DNA from: Candidatus Eiseniibacteriota bacterium
GTDB lineage: Bacteria > Eisenbacteria > RBG-16-71-46
DNA length: 64,000 nucleotides
Direction: 5' to 3'
NCBI GenBank assembly: GCA_041483195.1
Contig: JBGPFC010000005.1
Coordinates: forward strand, 6,679 to 70,678
Below are positions 9,496 to 18,596 of the stretch, piece after piece (the stretch's first letter is position 1; the number at the start of each line of letters is the position of its first letter). The notes under the pieces were generated by a model. It saw only the letters and a list, made by a program, of their open reading frames with translations, ran no database searches and was not told where the DNA came from. A program made the translations under genes and the position numbers.

Positions 9496-9886
9496 CGGAA
9501 ACCTCCGGGGTGAGAAGAGCGACTGCCAGGTTCGAAGGGCGGCAGGCGCTTCCGCGCCTCCGCCGTCACTCCGACGATGTAACGTCTCGCAGGGTTGGGC
9601 GGCTCATGAGAGAGCGGGCGACCGAACATGCGCACGAGCGTGCGCCATGCGCCTGCCGCACGCGCCACTCAACGCACCAGACCCCGCATGCGCGAGACGG
9701 ACGCGGCGCATCCGGGGCCGGGCGCGGGGGGCCGCAGGAGCGGGCGGGCACGGGGCAGTCGGACACGCGGCGCGCGCTCGCCCGAAGGCCGGCGCCTTGC
9801 GGATGGCACCGACCCGCCCCATCGAATAGAATCCGGCGCGTCATCAGGCCCCCGTGATTCAGACCCTCGCAATCGGGAGGTCCATC

Positions 9887-10561
9887 ATGTCTGATCACCG
9901 CATCGGTCTCAGCCTCGCGGCGCTCGCCACCCTCTCCTCGATGCTCGCCGGTTCTCCTCCGGCGGCGTGCGCCCAGTCGCGCGGCATTCAGCTCAGCCTC
10001 GGCGCCGAACAGCGCTCGATCCAGACTCACTTCTACGACTACAACGGCGGCAACGCGCAGAACACCTGGGAGACCTATCCATTGCTGGGCGCCAAGGCGG
10101 AGTTGGGAGTGCGCATCTGGCAACGCGGGAACACGACCGTTCAGGGCGGGATCGGGCTCGGCGTCTTCAGCGTCGGGGCGTACGACTACGAGGTGCGAAT
10201 CTCGAAGGGTCAGGGGCCGTCCGGCGGGTTCGGATACGAGGTGGATCTCATGGCGCAGGGAAGCATCGCGGCCGCGCCCAACCTCTCGCTCTTCGGGCGG
10301 GCGGGCGCCAGCTATCTCGGCGTAGACGTTTCGGGATCATCCACGCTGCCCGCTCCGTACCAGGAAGATTTCAGCGCGGGATTCCCCGACGTGTTCGTGG
10401 CCGGCGGCGCCCAGCTCGATTTCACGCCGAAGTTCTTCGGCGCGGCGCTGGTGCGGGCCAATGTCGCGGACCTCGGCTCGTGGACCGACTACGGAACGAG
10501 CCCGGTGGTCTCGAGCGTGAGCAGCATCGGATTCCGCGCCATGATCGGGATCAAGCTCTAG
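9887..10561 (+). CDS. small outer-membrane beta-barrel protein (hypothetical)
   Basis: GGGAGG ribosome-binding site 6 nt upstream of the ATG. Signal peptide MSDHRIGLSLAALATLSSMLAGSPPAACAQ, then alternating hydrophobic beta-strand pattern with a C-terminal aromatic residue. Confidence 0.6.
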   Translation: MSDHRIGLSLAALATLSSMLAGSPPAACAQSRGIQLSLGAEQRSIQTHFYDYNGGNAQNTWETYPLLGAKAELGVRIWQRGNTTVQGGIGLGVFSVGAYDYEVRISKGQGPSGGFGYEVDLMAQGSIAAAPNLSLFGRAGASYLGVDVSGSSTLPAPYQEDFSAGFPDVFVAGGAQLDFTPKFFGAALVRANVADLGSWTDYGTSPVVSSVSSIGFRAMIGIKL

Positions 10562-10579
10562 CGCCGGGCGTGGCCCGTA

Positions 10580-13500
10580 CTACGCCGGTTCGATCGCGAG
10601 CTTCGCCTCGACGCCCTCGATGTCCACGCTCTTCGCCCCGTCGCGCGGCGCGCCGTAGTCGAAGGACGTGACGAGGCACTCCGCCGCGACCGTCGCCTCC
10701 CAGCGCCTCGCGAGGGCGAGCAGCGATTCCGGGCCGGAGAGTCGCAGGACGATGCGCGCCTCGTAGGGGAGATCGCGTTCCTTGCGCTCGCCCTGCACGT
10801 GATGGATCAGCTCGCGGATCTGCCCCTCTTCGAGCAGCTCCGGGGTGAGCTGCGTGGACACCACCACCACGCCGCTGCGTCCGGGCGCGGCCGACCAGCC
10901 GGGCTTCGCTTCGAGCCTCACGAACACCTCCTGCTCGCTGAGCGTCACCGGCTCCCCGTCCACGTCCACCACGATCGCGCCGTCGGCCGCGAGCCGGCGC
11001 CGCACCTCGGCGGGATCGAGCGCCGCCAGCGCCGCGCCCAGGCGGGGCAGGCGCTTGCCGAGCCTCGGGCCGAGCAGCTTCAAGTCGGGCTTCACCTGGT
11101 AGCTCACGTAACGGTCGCCTTCGGTCGTGAACTCGACGCGCTTCAGATTCAGCTCCTCGAGCACCAGCGACACGTGGGTGCTCAACCGCTCGGCCTGTTC
11201 GGCGCGCGACACGATGATCTCGGCGAGCGCGAGCGGCTGGCGCACCTTGAGCCTGGCCGCGGTGCGCGCCGCACGGCCGGCCGAGACCAGGTCACGCACC
11301 TGCTCCATCAGGTCGGCCAGCGGTTCGTCGATCGCGGCGGGATCGGCGGCCGGGAAGTCGCTGAGATGCACGCTCTCGGCGTATCCGCCGGCGCGCTCGC
11401 CGCTGAAGCCCGCGCGCGTCAGCGTCTGCCACAGGGTCTCCGCGAAGAACGGCGTGAAGGGCGCGATCAACTGGCTCAGCGTGAGCAGGCACTCGTAGAG
11501 CGTCTCGTACGCGTCCCACTTGTCCTGCGACTTGTCGGACGACCAGAAGCGCGGGCGCGAGCGCCGCACGTACCAGTTGCTGAGCGCGTCCACGAACTCG
11601 TTGAGGCGGCGCGCGGCCGGGTAGTTCTCGAAGCGGTCGAGGCTCTCGCGCACCGTGCGGATGGTACGGTGCAGCTCCGAGACGATCCAGCGATCCAGCT
11701 CGCCGCGCTCCCGCACCGGCCGCGCGTGGGCGCCGGGCTCGAAGCCGTCGATGTTGCCGTAGATCACGAGGAAGCCGAACACGTTGGCGAGCCGCACCAG
11801 GAATTCGCGGTGCGCGTCGCGGATGTTCTGCTCCTGGAAACGGGCGGTGGTCCATGGCACCTGCGCGCCGAGAAAGTACCAGCGCATCGCGTCGGCGCCG
11901 TAGGTGTCGAAGATGTACGAGGGCTCGCGGTAGTTCTTGAGCCGCTTCGACATCTTGGCGCCATCTTCGCCGTTCATGTGCCCCAGCACGATGCAGGTGC
12001 GGAACGGGATCGGATAGGCGCGGGGCTTGCGATCGCCCGCCTCGGCGGCCGGCGGGCCGAACAGCAGCGTGTTGATCGCGAGCAGGGCGTAGAACCAGCC
12101 ACGCGTCTGATCGATCGCCTCGCTGATGAAGTCGGCGGGAAAGCGCTGGTCGAGCAGATCGGCGCTGCCCTTGACGTGCGGGTAGCCCCACTGCGCGAAC
12201 GGCATGCTGCCTGCGTCCCACCACACGTCGATCACGTCGCGCACCCTGCGCATGCGCGCGCCGTTCGCGAACGGGCTGTCGTACGTCCACTCGTCGATGT
12301 AGGGCTTGTGCACGCGCAGGTGGTCGGGGAGCGCCGGGTCCTCCGTCTTCTTGCGCGCCCAGAACCCGCCGTCGGTGGCGCCCGGCTTCGCGGTGATCTC
12401 CGCGAACGCGCCGACTGCCTCCATGCGGCCGGTGCGCTCGCACACCCAGATCGGGAGCGGCGTGCCCCAGTAGCGTTCGCGCGAGAGCGCCCAGTCCACG
12501 TTGTTGCGCAGGAAGTCGCCGAAGCGGCCCTCCTGGATGTGCGACGGCAGCCACCGCATGCGCGCGTTGTTCGCGAGGAACTCGTCCTTGAAGCGCGAAG
12601 TGCGCACGAACCAGCTCATGCGAGCGTACTGGATGAGCGGGTCGTTCTCGGCGCGCGGCGAGAACGGGTACTCGTGCCGGATCTGCTCCTGGTGGTAGAG
12701 CAGCCCCCGCTCCTTCAGCTCGCGTGCGATGTCCTTGTCGCAGTCCTTGATCCAGCGGCCGCGATACTTCGCGGGCGCGTCGTCGGAGAAGTTGCCGTCG
12801 GGCCGCACCGCGCACAGCAGCGGAACGGCGTCGGGATCGGCGAAGCGCCGGCGCTCGGCCTGCAGGATGTCGAAATCCACTTCGCCGAAGGCGGGGGCCT
12901 CGTGCACGAGGCCGGTCCCGGAATCGAGCGTCACGAACTCGGCTGCCAGCACGCGCCAGCCGATCGGCGCGTCGCCGCCCGCGGCGAGCGCGGCCCGCCG
13001 CTCGCCGAGCGGCGCGCCCTCCGCGAGCGCGGGGGGGAGCGCGGTGCGGGCGGAGTAACCGTCGAACGGCGGCAGGTAGCGCAGTCCGAGCAACGCCGCC
13101 CCGCGCACCGTCGCGATCACCGCGAGGTCGCGCTTCACCTTCTTCGCGATGGTATCGACCAGGCTCGCGGCCACCACCAGGCGCTCGCCGTCGGCCGCGT
13201 CGTGCACGATCGCGTAGTCCAGCTCCGGGTGCACGGCGGCGAAGTGATTGCTCACGAGCGTCCACGGGGTGGTCGTCCACACCAGCAGGCTCTCGCGTTT
13301 CGCGGCGGGCGCGCCGTCCGGCACCGGGAGCGGATCGCGCAGCGGGAACTTCACGAACACGCTGGGATCGTCCACTGTGCGGTAGCCCTCGCCGACCTCG
13401 CCCGCCGACAGGGCGGTGCCTCCCTGCGGCCACCACCACACCACCTTGTGGCCCTGGTAGAGGAGGCCGCGCTCGAACAACGTCTGGAGCGACCACCACA

Positions 13501-13975
13501 CGCTCTCCACGTAGCTCTGGTGGTAGCTGACGTACGCCTCCTCGAGGTTCATCCAGAACCCGATGCGCCGCGTCAGCTCTTCCCACTCCAGCGTGTAGCG
13601 GAACACGCTGTCGATGCAGCGGCGCACGAAGCGCTCGACGCCGTACGCCTCGATCTCCTCCTTGGTGTGAATGCCCAGCTCCTTGCACACCTCGACTTCG
13701 ACCGGCAGCCCGTGCGTGTCCCAGCCCGCCTTGCGCTCCACCAGCTCTCCGCGCATGGTTCGGTAGCGGGGGAACAGGTCCTTCATCGCGCGGGTGAGGG
13801 CGTGGCCGGGATGCGGCATGCCGTTCGCCGTGGGCGGGCCCTCGTAGAACACGAAGCGCTTCGCGCCCGAGCGGTTCCTGATCGAGCGCCCGAAGATGTC
13901 GTACTTTTCCCAGAAGTCGCGCACGCGCCTTTCGGCGGCGGGGAAATCGAAGTTGGGAGGCAGCGGTTCGAACAT
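10580..13975 (-). CDS. ileS: isoleucine--tRNA ligase (long, type-2/eukaryote-like form, about 1131 aa)
   Basis: Start MFEPLPPNFDFPAAERRVRDFWEKYDIF, then PTANGMPHPGHALTRAMKDLFPRY (HIGH region) and a KMSKS region. The ORF's 105-codon upstream extension is rejected. Confidence 0.9.
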   Translation of the reverse strand: MFEPLPPNFDFPAAERRVRDFWEKYDIFGRSIRNRSGAKRFVFYEGPPTANGMPHPGHALTRAMKDLFPRYRTMRGELVERKAGWDTHGLPVEVEVCKELGIHTKEEIEAYGVERFVRRCIDSVFRYTLEWEELTRRIGFWMNLEEAYVSYHQSYVESVWWSLQTLFERGLLYQGHKVVWWWPQGGTALSAGEVGEGYRTVDDPSVFVKFPLRDPLPVPDGAPAAKRESLLVWTTTPWTLVSNHFAAVHPELDYAIVHDAADGERLVVAASLVDTIAKKVKRDLAVIATVRGAALLGLRYLPPFDGYSARTALPPALAEGAPLGERRAALAAGGDAPIGWRVLAAEFVTLDSGTGLVHEAPAFGEVDFDILQAERRRFADPDAVPLLCAVRPDGNFSDDAPAKYRGRWIKDCDKDIARELKERGLLYHQEQIRHEYPFSPRAENDPLIQYARMSWFVRTSRFKDEFLANNARMRWLPSHIQEGRFGDFLRNNVDWALSRERYWGTPLPIWVCERTGRMEAVGAFAEITAKPGATDGGFWARKKTEDPALPDHLRVHKPYIDEWTYDSPFANGARMRRVRDVIDVWWDAGSMPFAQWGYPHVKGSADLLDQRFPADFISEAIDQTRGWFYALLAINTLLFGPPAAEAGDRKPRAYPIPFRTCIVLGHMNGEDGAKMSKRLKNYREPSYIFDTYGADAMRWYFLGAQVPWTTARFQEQNIRDAHREFLVRLANVFGFLVIYGNIDGFEPGAHARPVRERGELDRWIVSELHRTIRTVRESLDRFENYPAARRLNEFVDALSNWYVRRSRPRFWSSDKSQDKWDAYETLYECLLTLSQLIAPFTPFFAETLWQTLTRAGFSGERAGGYAESVHLSDFPAADPAAIDEPLADLMEQVRDLVSAGRAARTAARLKVRQPLALAEIIVSRAEQAERLSTHVSLVLEELNLKRVEFTTEGDRYVSYQVKPDLKLLGPRLGKRLPRLGAALAALDPAEVRRRLAADGAIVVDVDGEPVTLSEQEVFVRLEAKPGWSAAPGRSGVVVVSTQLTPELLEEGQIRELIHHVQGERKERDLPYEARIVLRLSGPESLLALARRWEATVAAECLVTSFDYGAPRDGAKSVDIEGVEAKLAIEPA

Positions 13976-14120
13976 CGGCAGCTCCGCGGGCGCGTGACGA
14001 ACGTGATCGGACCACATGGCGTGTTCCCGAGCCCGGGAATCTAGACGAGTTTGCGCGATTCGTGAACTGCGGCCCCGAGCCGGGGGCGGGCAGGGCGCGC
14101 GCGACGCAGGGAGATCGGCG

Positions 14121-14669
14121 ATGGACTCATCGGATCGGAAGCCGCAGTTCGACCTCGGAGAGGCGATCGCGGTGCTGGACCGCACGCCGCGGGTGATGGA
14201 CACGCTGCTCGGCGGCCTGCCGGCGGGCTGGACCGAGGCCACCGATGGCGCGGAGTCGTGGAGCCCCAGGGTCGTGATCGGGCACCTCATTCACGGCGAG
14301 GACACCGACTGGATCCCGCGCGCGCGGATCATCCTCGAGCACGGCGAGACGCGGGCGTTCCTGCCGTTCGACCGGTTCACGCAGCTCGAGCGCTTCCGCG
14401 ACACGGGCCTCGCGGAGCTGCTCCCGCTGTTCGCGCGAAAACGCGCCGGGAACCTCGCGACGCTCGCGGCGTGGAAGCTCGGCCCGGTTCAGCTCGCCCG
14501 CTCAGGGACGCACCCCGAGTTCGGCCGCGTCACCATGGAACAGCTGCTCGCGACCTGGGTCGCTCACGATCTCGGGCACGTCGCGCAGGTGGTGCGCGTC
14601 ATGGCGCGCCGCTATACGCGCGACATCGGGCCATGGAAGGCGTACCTCTCGATCATCGGTAATACGTGA
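14121..14669 (+). CDS. DinB-family (DinB_2) metal-dependent protein
   Basis: MDSSDRKPQFDLGEAIAVLDRTP...HLIHGEDTDWIP...WVAHDLGHVAQV carries the His-triad pattern of DinB_2. Confidence 0.7.
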   Translation: MDSSDRKPQFDLGEAIAVLDRTPRVMDTLLGGLPAGWTEATDGAESWSPRVVIGHLIHGEDTDWIPRARIILEHGETRAFLPFDRFTQLERFRDTGLAELLPLFARKRAGNLATLAAWKLGPVQLARSGTHPEFGRVTMEQLLATWVAHDLGHVAQVVRVMARRYTRDIGPWKAYLSIIGNT

Positions 14670-14737
14670 GGAGAACTTCCCGCGGGCTCGATCGTCTAGA
14701 AAGCAACCACCGGCCCGCGCTCGAGGACGCCCTTCGC

Positions 14738-17587
14738 ATGATGCTGAAAGCCGTGGCACTGGCGTGCCTGCTCGCCGTGGTGCCGCATCCGCTCCACGCG
14801 CAGACCGCGACGCTGCGGGGAAGGGTCGTCGACCGGGGGTCGGGGGCGGCGATCGCGGGCGTGCGGATCCGGCTCGTCAATCTCTCGGACACCACCGACG
14901 TCCATTCCACGATCACGCGCGACGACGGCACGTTCGAGCTCTCTGGCCTCGCGCTCCGCGGCTACCGCCTCGAGACGCTGCGCCTCAGCTACGTGCCGCT
15001 GCGGCAGACGGTCCGCGTCGTGCGCGGCGAGCAGGACCTCGGCCCGCTCCGGCTGGTCACCGCTGCGTTGCCGGTGCGGGGGGTGGTGGTCAGGGCGTCG
15101 CCGCCGCCCGCCACGCAGAAGGCCGACACCACGGAATTCGCGGCCGCCGCGGTCAAGACCCATCCCGACGCCTCCGCCGAAGATCTCGTGTCGAAGCTGC
15201 CGGGCATCACGGTCGAGAGCGGAACCGTCAAGAGCAACGGCGAGACCGTTCAGCAGGTGCTGGTCGACGGGAAGCCGTTCTTCGGCGGCGATCCCACCAT
15301 CGCGCTGCGCAACCTGCCGGCCGACGTGATCGACAAGATCCAGGTGTTCGACAAGCTCAGCGATCAGGCCGAGTTCAGCGGGTTCGACGATGGGCAGACC
15401 ACGAAGACCATGAACTTCGTGCTGCGCGCGGACCGGCGCAATGCCCGCTTCGGTAAGGCATACGGCGGCTACGGCGATCACGATCGGTACCTCGCGGGGG
15501 GGAACGCGAACCTGCTGAAGGGGCAGACTCGCTTCTCGGCGATCGCGCTCGCCAACAACGTGAACCAGCAGAATTTTTCGGCGCAGGATCTGCTCGGCGT
15601 GCTCAACACCGGGAACGCGCGCGGTGGCCCGGGCGGGGGCGGGCCGGGCGGCGGTCGGCCGGGCGGCGGGCAGGGGCGGCCTCCGGGCGGCGGCAACTTC
15701 GGCGGGCCGGGAGGAGGAGGAGGAGGCGGGGGAGGCGGGCAGAATTTTCTGGTTGGCCAGCAGGACGGGGTCGCGACCACGAGCTCGATCGGAACCAACT
15801 ACTCGGGGACGCCGCGACCCGGTCTCACGATCAATCAGAGCTACTTCTTCAACGGCACCGACAACCAGAACGCCCAGCGGCTGGCGCGCTCGTATCTGGC
15901 ACCCGAGGACTCGGCCGCCCGATACGGACAGAGCTCCACCTCCGACAATCGAAACGGCAATCATCGCATCGAGGCGCGCATCGAGTGGGCGGCGGATTCC
16001 GCGAACTCGGTCGTTGAGCAGCCGCGGCTCTACTTCCAGGGCAATCACGCATCGAGCGCGCTGTCCGCGGAGAACCGGTCGGAATCCGGAGCGCTGGTCA
16101 ATCGGGCCGTGAACGACAGCCGCGGCACCACCTCCGGCGACAACCTCTCGAACCATCTCGTGCTGCGTCACCGGTTCCCGACGCGCGGCCGCACCATCTC
16201 GCTCGATCTCGGGACCGGCTACACCCTGAAGGACGGCTCGAGCGGCGCGCGGTCCCTCACCGACTACTTCCAGATTCCCGCCACCGCGAGCGACACGCTC
16301 GATGAGCGAACCTCGCTGCGCACCACCACCTCCTCGTTCTCCGCGCGCGCGGTGTACACCGAGCCGGTCGGCCGCGCCGCGCAGTTGCAGATCGCGTACA
16401 ACCCGTCGGTCGCAACCAGCCGCTCGGACCGTCGCGCCTTCGCGCTCGACCCGGCTTCGGGCGCGTACACCCTCCCCGACAGCGGGCTGTCCAATTCGTT
16501 CGACAACACGAGTACGGCGCAGAGCGCGGGGGCCGGGCTGCTGGTGCGTCGCGGCGGCCTGAGATTCAACGCGAACCTGTTCTTCCAGCACAGCGGGCTG
16601 AGTTCGGAGCAGAGGCTCCCCGCGCGACTCTCGGTTCGGAAGTCGTTCGACGACCTGCTGCCCTCGCTCATGCTGAACGCCAATCTGGCCGACCATCGCA
16701 ATCTGCGCCTGTTCTACCGGACCTCCACCCAGGCTCCGAGCATCGCCCAGCTCCAGAACGTGGTGGACAACTCGAACCCGCTGGTGCTGTCCAGCGGCAA
16801 CCCCGACCTGAAGCAGTCCACCACCGAGAGCATGGTGTGCCGCTACTCCGAGACCAATCCCGCGCGCTCGCGCAGCCGCTTCGTGGTGGTGTCGGTGCAG
16901 CACACGCGCAACAGCATCGCGAACTCGACGCTGACCGCCGTGAACGACACGGTGCTGGCGGGGGGCGTGGTGTTGAAGCCGGGCGCCCAGCTGAGCTCGC
17001 CGGTCAACGTGAACGGCGCGTGGAACGTCAGCACCTTCGTGACCGAGAGCGGCCCGGTGGGGCTCCTCAAGAGCCTGCTCAGCGTTCATGGCGGCGTGAC
17101 CCTGAGCCGCACCCCGGGGCTGGTTCAGCGGAGCGTGAACTTCGCCAACACCTGGGCGCTGAGCGGAGGGGCGGTGCTCGCGAGCAACATCAGCGAGGCC
17201 CTGGACTTCACGCTCGCGTACTCGGGCACCTACAACATCGCGCACAACACGCTGAGCGCGAGCCTGAACAACGACTATTACACTCAGGTCGCGAGCCTCA
17301 AGCTGAACGTGATCTCGTGGAAGGGCGTGGTGATGCGGCACGAGCTGAGCCACTCGCAGTCGATCGGCCTGGCGGGAGGGTTCGGGCAGAATGCGGTGCT
17401 CTGGAATACCAGCATCGGGAAGAAGGTCTTCAACAATCAGCGCGGCGAGATCCTGCTCTCCGCCGCCGACGTGCTCGATCAGAGCCGCAGCACCAATCGG
17501 ACGGTGACCGAGACCTACCTGCAGGACACGCAAAATCGTACGCTGGGCTCGTATGCGATGCTGACCTTCACCTATACGATGAGGTAG
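14738..17587 (+). CDS. outer-membrane beta-barrel receptor-like protein (CarbopepD regulatory-like domain, plug, barrel) with a glycine-rich insert
   Basis: Signal peptide MMLKAVALACLLAVVPHPLHAQ. A CarbopepD-like N-terminal domain (TLRGRVVDRGSGAAIAGVRIRLVN) is followed by a plug-like segment (KPFFGGDPTIALRNLPADVIDKIQV) and a long beta-rich C-terminus ending FTYTMR. Confidence 0.75.
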   Translation: MMLKAVALACLLAVVPHPLHAQTATLRGRVVDRGSGAAIAGVRIRLVNLSDTTDVHSTITRDDGTFELSGLALRGYRLETLRLSYVPLRQTVRVVRGEQDLGPLRLVTAALPVRGVVVRASPPPATQKADTTEFAAAAVKTHPDASAEDLVSKLPGITVESGTVKSNGETVQQVLVDGKPFFGGDPTIALRNLPADVIDKIQVFDKLSDQAEFSGFDDGQTTKTMNFVLRADRRNARFGKAYGGYGDHDRYLAGGNANLLKGQTRFSAIALANNVNQQNFSAQDLLGVLNTGNARGGPGGGGPGGGRPGGGQGRPPGGGNFGGPGGGGGGGGGGQNFLVGQQDGVATTSSIGTNYSGTPRPGLTINQSYFFNGTDNQNAQRLARSYLAPEDSAARYGQSSTSDNRNGNHRIEARIEWAADSANSVVEQPRLYFQGNHASSALSAENRSESGALVNRAVNDSRGTTSGDNLSNHLVLRHRFPTRGRTISLDLGTGYTLKDGSSGARSLTDYFQIPATASDTLDERTSLRTTTSSFSARAVYTEPVGRAAQLQIAYNPSVATSRSDRRAFALDPASGAYTLPDSGLSNSFDNTSTAQSAGAGLLVRRGGLRFNANLFFQHSGLSSEQRLPARLSVRKSFDDLLPSLMLNANLADHRNLRLFYRTSTQAPSIAQLQNVVDNSNPLVLSSGNPDLKQSTTESMVCRYSETNPARSRSRFVVVSVQHTRNSIANSTLTAVNDTVLAGGVVLKPGAQLSSPVNVNGAWNVSTFVTESGPVGLLKSLLSVHGGVTLSRTPGLVQRSVNFANTWALSGGAVLASNISEALDFTLAYSGTYNIAHNTLSASLNNDYYTQVASLKLNVISWKGVVMRHELSHSQSIGLAGGFGQNAVLWNTSIGKKVFNNQRGEILLSAADVLDQSRSTNRTVTETYLQDTQNRTLGSYAMLTFTYTMR
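15621..15752 (+). repeat. low-complexity Gly/Pro-rich coding tract inside the OMP gene (GGPGGGGPGGGRPGGGQGRPPGGGNFGGPGGGGGGGGGG)
   Basis: A run of ggc/ggg/gga/ccg codons seen directly in the sequence. Confidence 0.8.
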
Positions 17588-17698
17588 CGATCGTCCGTTT
17601 CGCCGGATGCCCGGGCCGGGGGAGGGGGCCAGATCGTCATCACGCATCACTCGGCGCCGGTGGTAGCCTTCGCTCCGGGGTCGCGAGAGGAGGGTGTC

Positions 17699-18499
17699 AT
17701 GATCGCGAATCGCGCGCCGCGCCCGCGGCGCGGAATCATCGCTCGCATCCTGCGCATCGAGCGGATTCCTCCGCTCGCGCTGGTGCTGGGGCTCGTCACC
17801 GGCCCATCCGACGGCTGCCACGGCTCGAAGCCGCCGCCGCTCGCGGGGGGCGCCATCGCCACGACCGCCACCAACGCCGTGACCGCCGGCGACTGCTCCA
17901 CTCCGCCGCTCGGCCGCGTCACCGCCTACCTGCTCGGGCCCGACGAGAATGGAATCCATCAGTTCACGGGAACCGTCGTCCAGCTCCCGCCGGCGAACGC
18001 GGGCGGCGCAGGCAAGTGGGTGGTACGCGAGGGCGGCGGTGCTGAACACATCATCATGGTGGAGGTGCCGCGGGTCGTGCTGCCGCTGAAGATGGGAGAG
18101 AGCTACGCCTTCGAAGTGCAGAACATCGGCCGCTTCCCCGCGGCGAGCGCGCTGCTCGTCTCGGACTCGAAGGGACTGCGCTGCGCGGCGGTCGCGGATA
18201 TCGGCCCCGGCGAGCTGGTCTTGCACGGCGGACTCCCGGGATTCGACGTGGCGCTGCTGCCCGCCACTTGCGACAGCCGCCCGCACGACGAGTGCTACGA
18301 GTCGATCCGCAACGCGCCGCTCACCGTGACGCGCGCGGGGCAGACGGTGCGGCTCATGCACGGCGACGCGGCCGACCTCGGCGATTACCGCCTGACCTGT
18401 CTCACCGCGCAGCGAGTGACGCTCCGCGAGGGAGCGCCCTGCGGCGATGCGGGGCTGATCGCGATCTCGTACGTCATCGTGCGGCGCGACGCGCAGTAG
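17699..18499 (+). CDS. hypothetical secreted, Cys-rich protein
   Basis: GGAGGG ribosome-binding site 5 nt upstream of the ATG at 17699. The N-terminus has a basic n-region and a hydrophobic core (RRGIIARILRIERIPPLALVLGLVTG), and the protein has 8 Cys. No known domain. Confidence 0.5.
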   Translation: MIANRAPRPRRGIIARILRIERIPPLALVLGLVTGPSDGCHGSKPPPLAGGAIATTATNAVTAGDCSTPPLGRVTAYLLGPDENGIHQFTGTVVQLPPANAGGAGKWVVREGGGAEHIIMVEVPRVVLPLKMGESYAFEVQNIGRFPAASALLVSDSKGLRCAAVADIGPGELVLHGGLPGFDVALLPATCDSRPHDECYESIRNAPLTVTRAGQTVRLMHGDAADLGDYRLTCLTAQRVTLREGAPCGDAGLIAISYVIVRRDAQ

Positions 18500-18529
18500 A
18501 CGGGTGGCCGCGGCGCGCTTCGCGCGGGG

Positions 18530-18568
18530 CCGAAATGAATGGGGGCGAACCGCGATCGGTTCGCCCCC
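18530..18568 (-). terminator. intrinsic terminator downstream of the metalloprotease gene (usable by the convergent + strand gene too)
   Basis: Perfect 12-bp GC stem GGGGGCGAACCG-cgat-CGGTTCGCCCCC at 18541-18568. On the minus strand it is followed by AUUCAUUUC. Confidence 0.6.
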
Positions 18569-18596
18569 GCCTTCATGCGCGCCGTCGCGCCTCAGG

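Noticed and set aside
9780-9800. TGGCAC element in the 9496-9886 intergenic region as a sigma-54 -24 box
   Set aside because: There is no TTGC at the required 5-nt spacing downstream, and the flanking TTGCGG is on the wrong side.
10799-14044. 1081-aa plus-strand ORF, and also 11292..14015 on the minus strand, covering ileS
   Set aside because: These are antisense or alternate-frame artefacts. Only the 10580..13975 minus frame has IleS HIGH/KMSKS motifs.
15621-15752. Gly-codon run considered as a CRISPR-like or tandem DNA repeat
   Set aside because: It lies inside a continuous reading frame with no spacer/repeat periodicity. It is a coding low-complexity tract.
18400-18499. Possible PEP-CTERM-like sorting tail (GAPCGDAGLIAISYVIVRRDAQ) on the Cys-rich secreted protein
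   Set aside because: The hydrophobic stretch is only about 10 residues, with no PEP motif and no Arg-rich cluster. This is too weak to call exosortase cargo.
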